A DNA stretch of 56,398 nucleotides, taken from assembly GCF_006345805.1 (NCBI RefSeq), contig NW_021833680.1, positions 1 to 56,398 of the forward strand, given 5' to 3'. Positions 53,943 to 56,398 of this stretch are shown one piece after another; the stretch's first letter is position 1, and every line of letters starts with the position of its first letter. The notes below the pieces were generated by a model, which was not told where the DNA came from, ran no database searches, and saw only the letters and a program-made list of their open reading frames with translations. This DNA comes from Octopus sinensis (lineage: Eukaryota). A program made the translations under genes and the position numbers.

Positions 53943-54169
53943 GTATGTATATATATATATTATATATATATATTATATATATATATATACCTATATATAT
54001 ATGTATATATATGTATATATGTAGGTATATATATATACATATGTATATATATACATATATATATATACACACATACACAAACACATATATAAACATATAT
54101 ATATATACATACATGCATATATATATGCACACACACGCACATATATATATATTGTGTGTGAGTCTATGT

Positions 54170-54357
54170 GTTTTTGTCGGTCCTCACAGTTTGACAACCG
54201 GTGTAGGTTAATTTACGTCACAGGTGTTTGCAAAAAGCAGCCAAGAGAATAAGTTCAAGACTTACAAATAAGTACAAGAATCAATTTGTTTTGACTGAAA
54301 TCTTTCAAGGGTGTTGCCATAGCATGGCCAGGGTCCGATGACTGAAATAATAAAAGA
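54170..54357 (+). mobile_element. Degenerate SINE 3' half
   Basis: TTGACAACCGGTGT...AGCATGGCC...GATGACTGAAATAATAAAAGA is homologous to 47630-47815. Confidence 0.65.
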
Positions 54358-54360
54358 CAT

Positions 54361-54663
54361 ACCATATTCGCCGGACATGACCCCATCTGATTATTATTTA
54401 TTCCGCAGTCTTCAAAATCATTTAGATGGAAAAAATATGAATTCTGTAGTCGAGATTAGAACAGTACTGGAGGAGTATTTTCGTAACAGGGAAGTGAATT
54501 TTGGAAGAGGGGCCTTGTAAGTCTAGCAGATAGATAGAAGAGCTTTTTAGAAAATGTAGGAGAGTATATTTTAGATTTAAAAAGAAAAAAATTCGTTTCC
54601 TCTAATTTTGAAAAATAAAAGCAGTATAAAAAAAGCGCATTATTTCTGGGATAACCCAAAATA
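54361..54663 (+). mobile_element. Mariner transposon 3' fragment with TIR
   Basis: PYSPDMTPSDYYLFRSLQNHLDGK; terminal CGCATTATTTCTGGGATAACCCAAAATA is TIR-like. Confidence 0.8.
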
Positions 54664-54732
54664 TATATATTTGATATATGTGTGCGTGTGTGTGGTATGT
54701 ATGTATAACTACAGCCAGCTATTACCAGTAAA

Positions 54733-54862
54733 GGTTTTAGTTGCCAATTTTGTACAAGACATTGTAGATCTTTAGCTGGGCTAAAAAGTCACATTCGATC
54801 ACAGCACCAGTAACAGTTAAGCTTCGTGCAATGGCCATACTCGATAACGAGGGGGCAGCCAT
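54733..54862 (+). mobile_element. RTE-like LINE extreme 3' fragment (C2H2 finger + short UTR)
   Basis: GFSCQFCTRHCRSLAGLKSHIRSQHQ* followed by ~50 bp of UTR and an A/T tail. Confidence 0.5.
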
Positions 54863-54930
54863 AATATTATATAATATAATATATTATATAATTATATATA
54901 TATATTATATATATATAGATATATATTATA

Positions 54931-55011
<81 letters not shown>

Positions 55012-55029
55012 CTTAGTGTGTGGTGTCTT

Positions 55030-55190
55030 TATGCCTGTGTTTGTCCCTCCACCACTGCTTGTTGGTGTGTTTTGCGTCCCAGTAACTAGTGGTTTCTGAA
55101 TATATACTAAGCGTAGATTTATTCGACTAAGAACTCAAGGCAGTGCCCCAGCATGGCCGCAGTCTAATGAATGTTACCAGTAAAAGATAA
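55030..55190 (+). mobile_element. Degenerate SINE 3' half
   Basis: AAGGCAGTGCCCCAGCATGGCCGCAGTCTAATGA tail motif. Confidence 0.65.
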
Positions 55191-55239
55191 AAAAAAATAA
55201 ACGATATATATATATTTGTATGTGCATTTTTATCTCTGA

Positions 55240-55355
55240 TAAAGGCCGATAGAAGAAGTATCAAACTTTAAAAATAAGCCCCAGGGTCGATTTCTTCGAT
55301 TAAACCCTTCAAGGCGGTGCTCCAGCATAGCCGCGGTCCAAATATTGAAGCAAAT
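55240..55355 (+). mobile_element. Degenerate SINE 3' half
   Basis: GGGTCGATTT...AAGGCGGTGCTCCAGCATAGCCGCGGTCC tail motif. Confidence 0.65.
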
Positions 55356-55534
55356 ACACGGTTAATAAAAAGATTATTCTGGTTGGCGCAACCTCATTTG
55401 CATAACGTAACATGTTTGACAGATCAGCTTTAATATCTGGAGTTTCAACAGAGCAATGAATAGGAACAAACATGTATACCGAATCATCTCTTTCCCAAAC
55501 CACCATTTCTATCTTTCTCCTTCCCCCTTCTCTA

Positions 55535-55566
<32 letters not shown>

Positions 55567-55690
55567 ATTCATTTTTCCTTATTACACATACACCCAAACA
55601 AGTGCACTTTCATCTGCTTCTCTTTCACAAACGCTGTTCTCTACCTTTCCTTGTATATATATATTTCTGTGTGTATGTGTGTGAACATAT

Positions 55691-55733
<43 letters not shown>

Positions 55734-56063
55734 GTGTACATACATATATAATATATATATATACATACATACATATATATTATATTATATATATATATAT
55801 ATATAGATATATATATATATATATATATCGTTTACAGATGATACACATATACACGTAGAGTATGCATATAAAATACACAATTATGTGTATGATACACACA
55901 CACATATATATATAAATTGTGTGTGGTATGTATATAATGTATATATATGTGTGTTGTGTGTATATATATATGTCTATATATGTGTGGGTATATATGTATG
56001 CGTGTGAGCATATATATATACACATACACAAGTGTAACGTATTAATATATATACATAGATTCG

Positions 56064-56097
<34 letters not shown>

Positions 56098-56219
56098 ATA
56101 ACACATTAATATACATAATATATATATATATATATAGATGCTTGCGAAGATATATACAGGCATACATCCTTACATACACACATACATTGTTCATCTACAC
56201 ATCCATACATATAAATGTG

Positions 56220-56261
<42 letters not shown>

Positions 56262-56398
56262 GATGGGTGTGTGAGCGCGTGCGTGCGTGCACTGCTGTCA
56301 AAATGTAAGCCTATTTTAATCTGATTCTTGAAGGTTACTCAATTCGACATTCACTCAGTGATTTTCTTCCATGTTTAGAATATTAATCTAAATTGTCT

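Overview
Eukaryotic, extremely repeat-rich genomic DNA, most likely an octopus or other coleoid cephalopod. That assignment is an inference from the tRNA-derived SINE families I recall and the microsatellite density. I recognised no host protein-coding exon, rRNA, bona fide tRNA or CRISPR array, and most ORFs in the track are translations of microsatellites or satellites. The window contains: (1) a 5'-truncated, nearly intact CR1-group LINE (7794-10656, +) inserted in (TA)n, whose 3' end matches the tail of the local SINE family; (2) a 5'-truncated Penelope-like element (RT plus GIY-YIG, 11582-13940, -) ending in a minimal hammerhead ribozyme with a U3-A8 core; (3) three large minisatellites, a 21-bp array (14950-20880) and two related 27-bp arrays in opposite orientation (33140-37870 and 37930-45590); (4) a ~1-kb palindrome (49030-50060) with a hammerhead motif in each arm, plus several other hammerhead-bearing short repeats; (5) relics of RTE and Tx1/L1 LINEs, two mariner elements and a DD36E Tc1-like transposon; (6) about ten SINE copies or fragments. 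All motif calls and alignments were made by eye, and boundaries are approximate unless stated.
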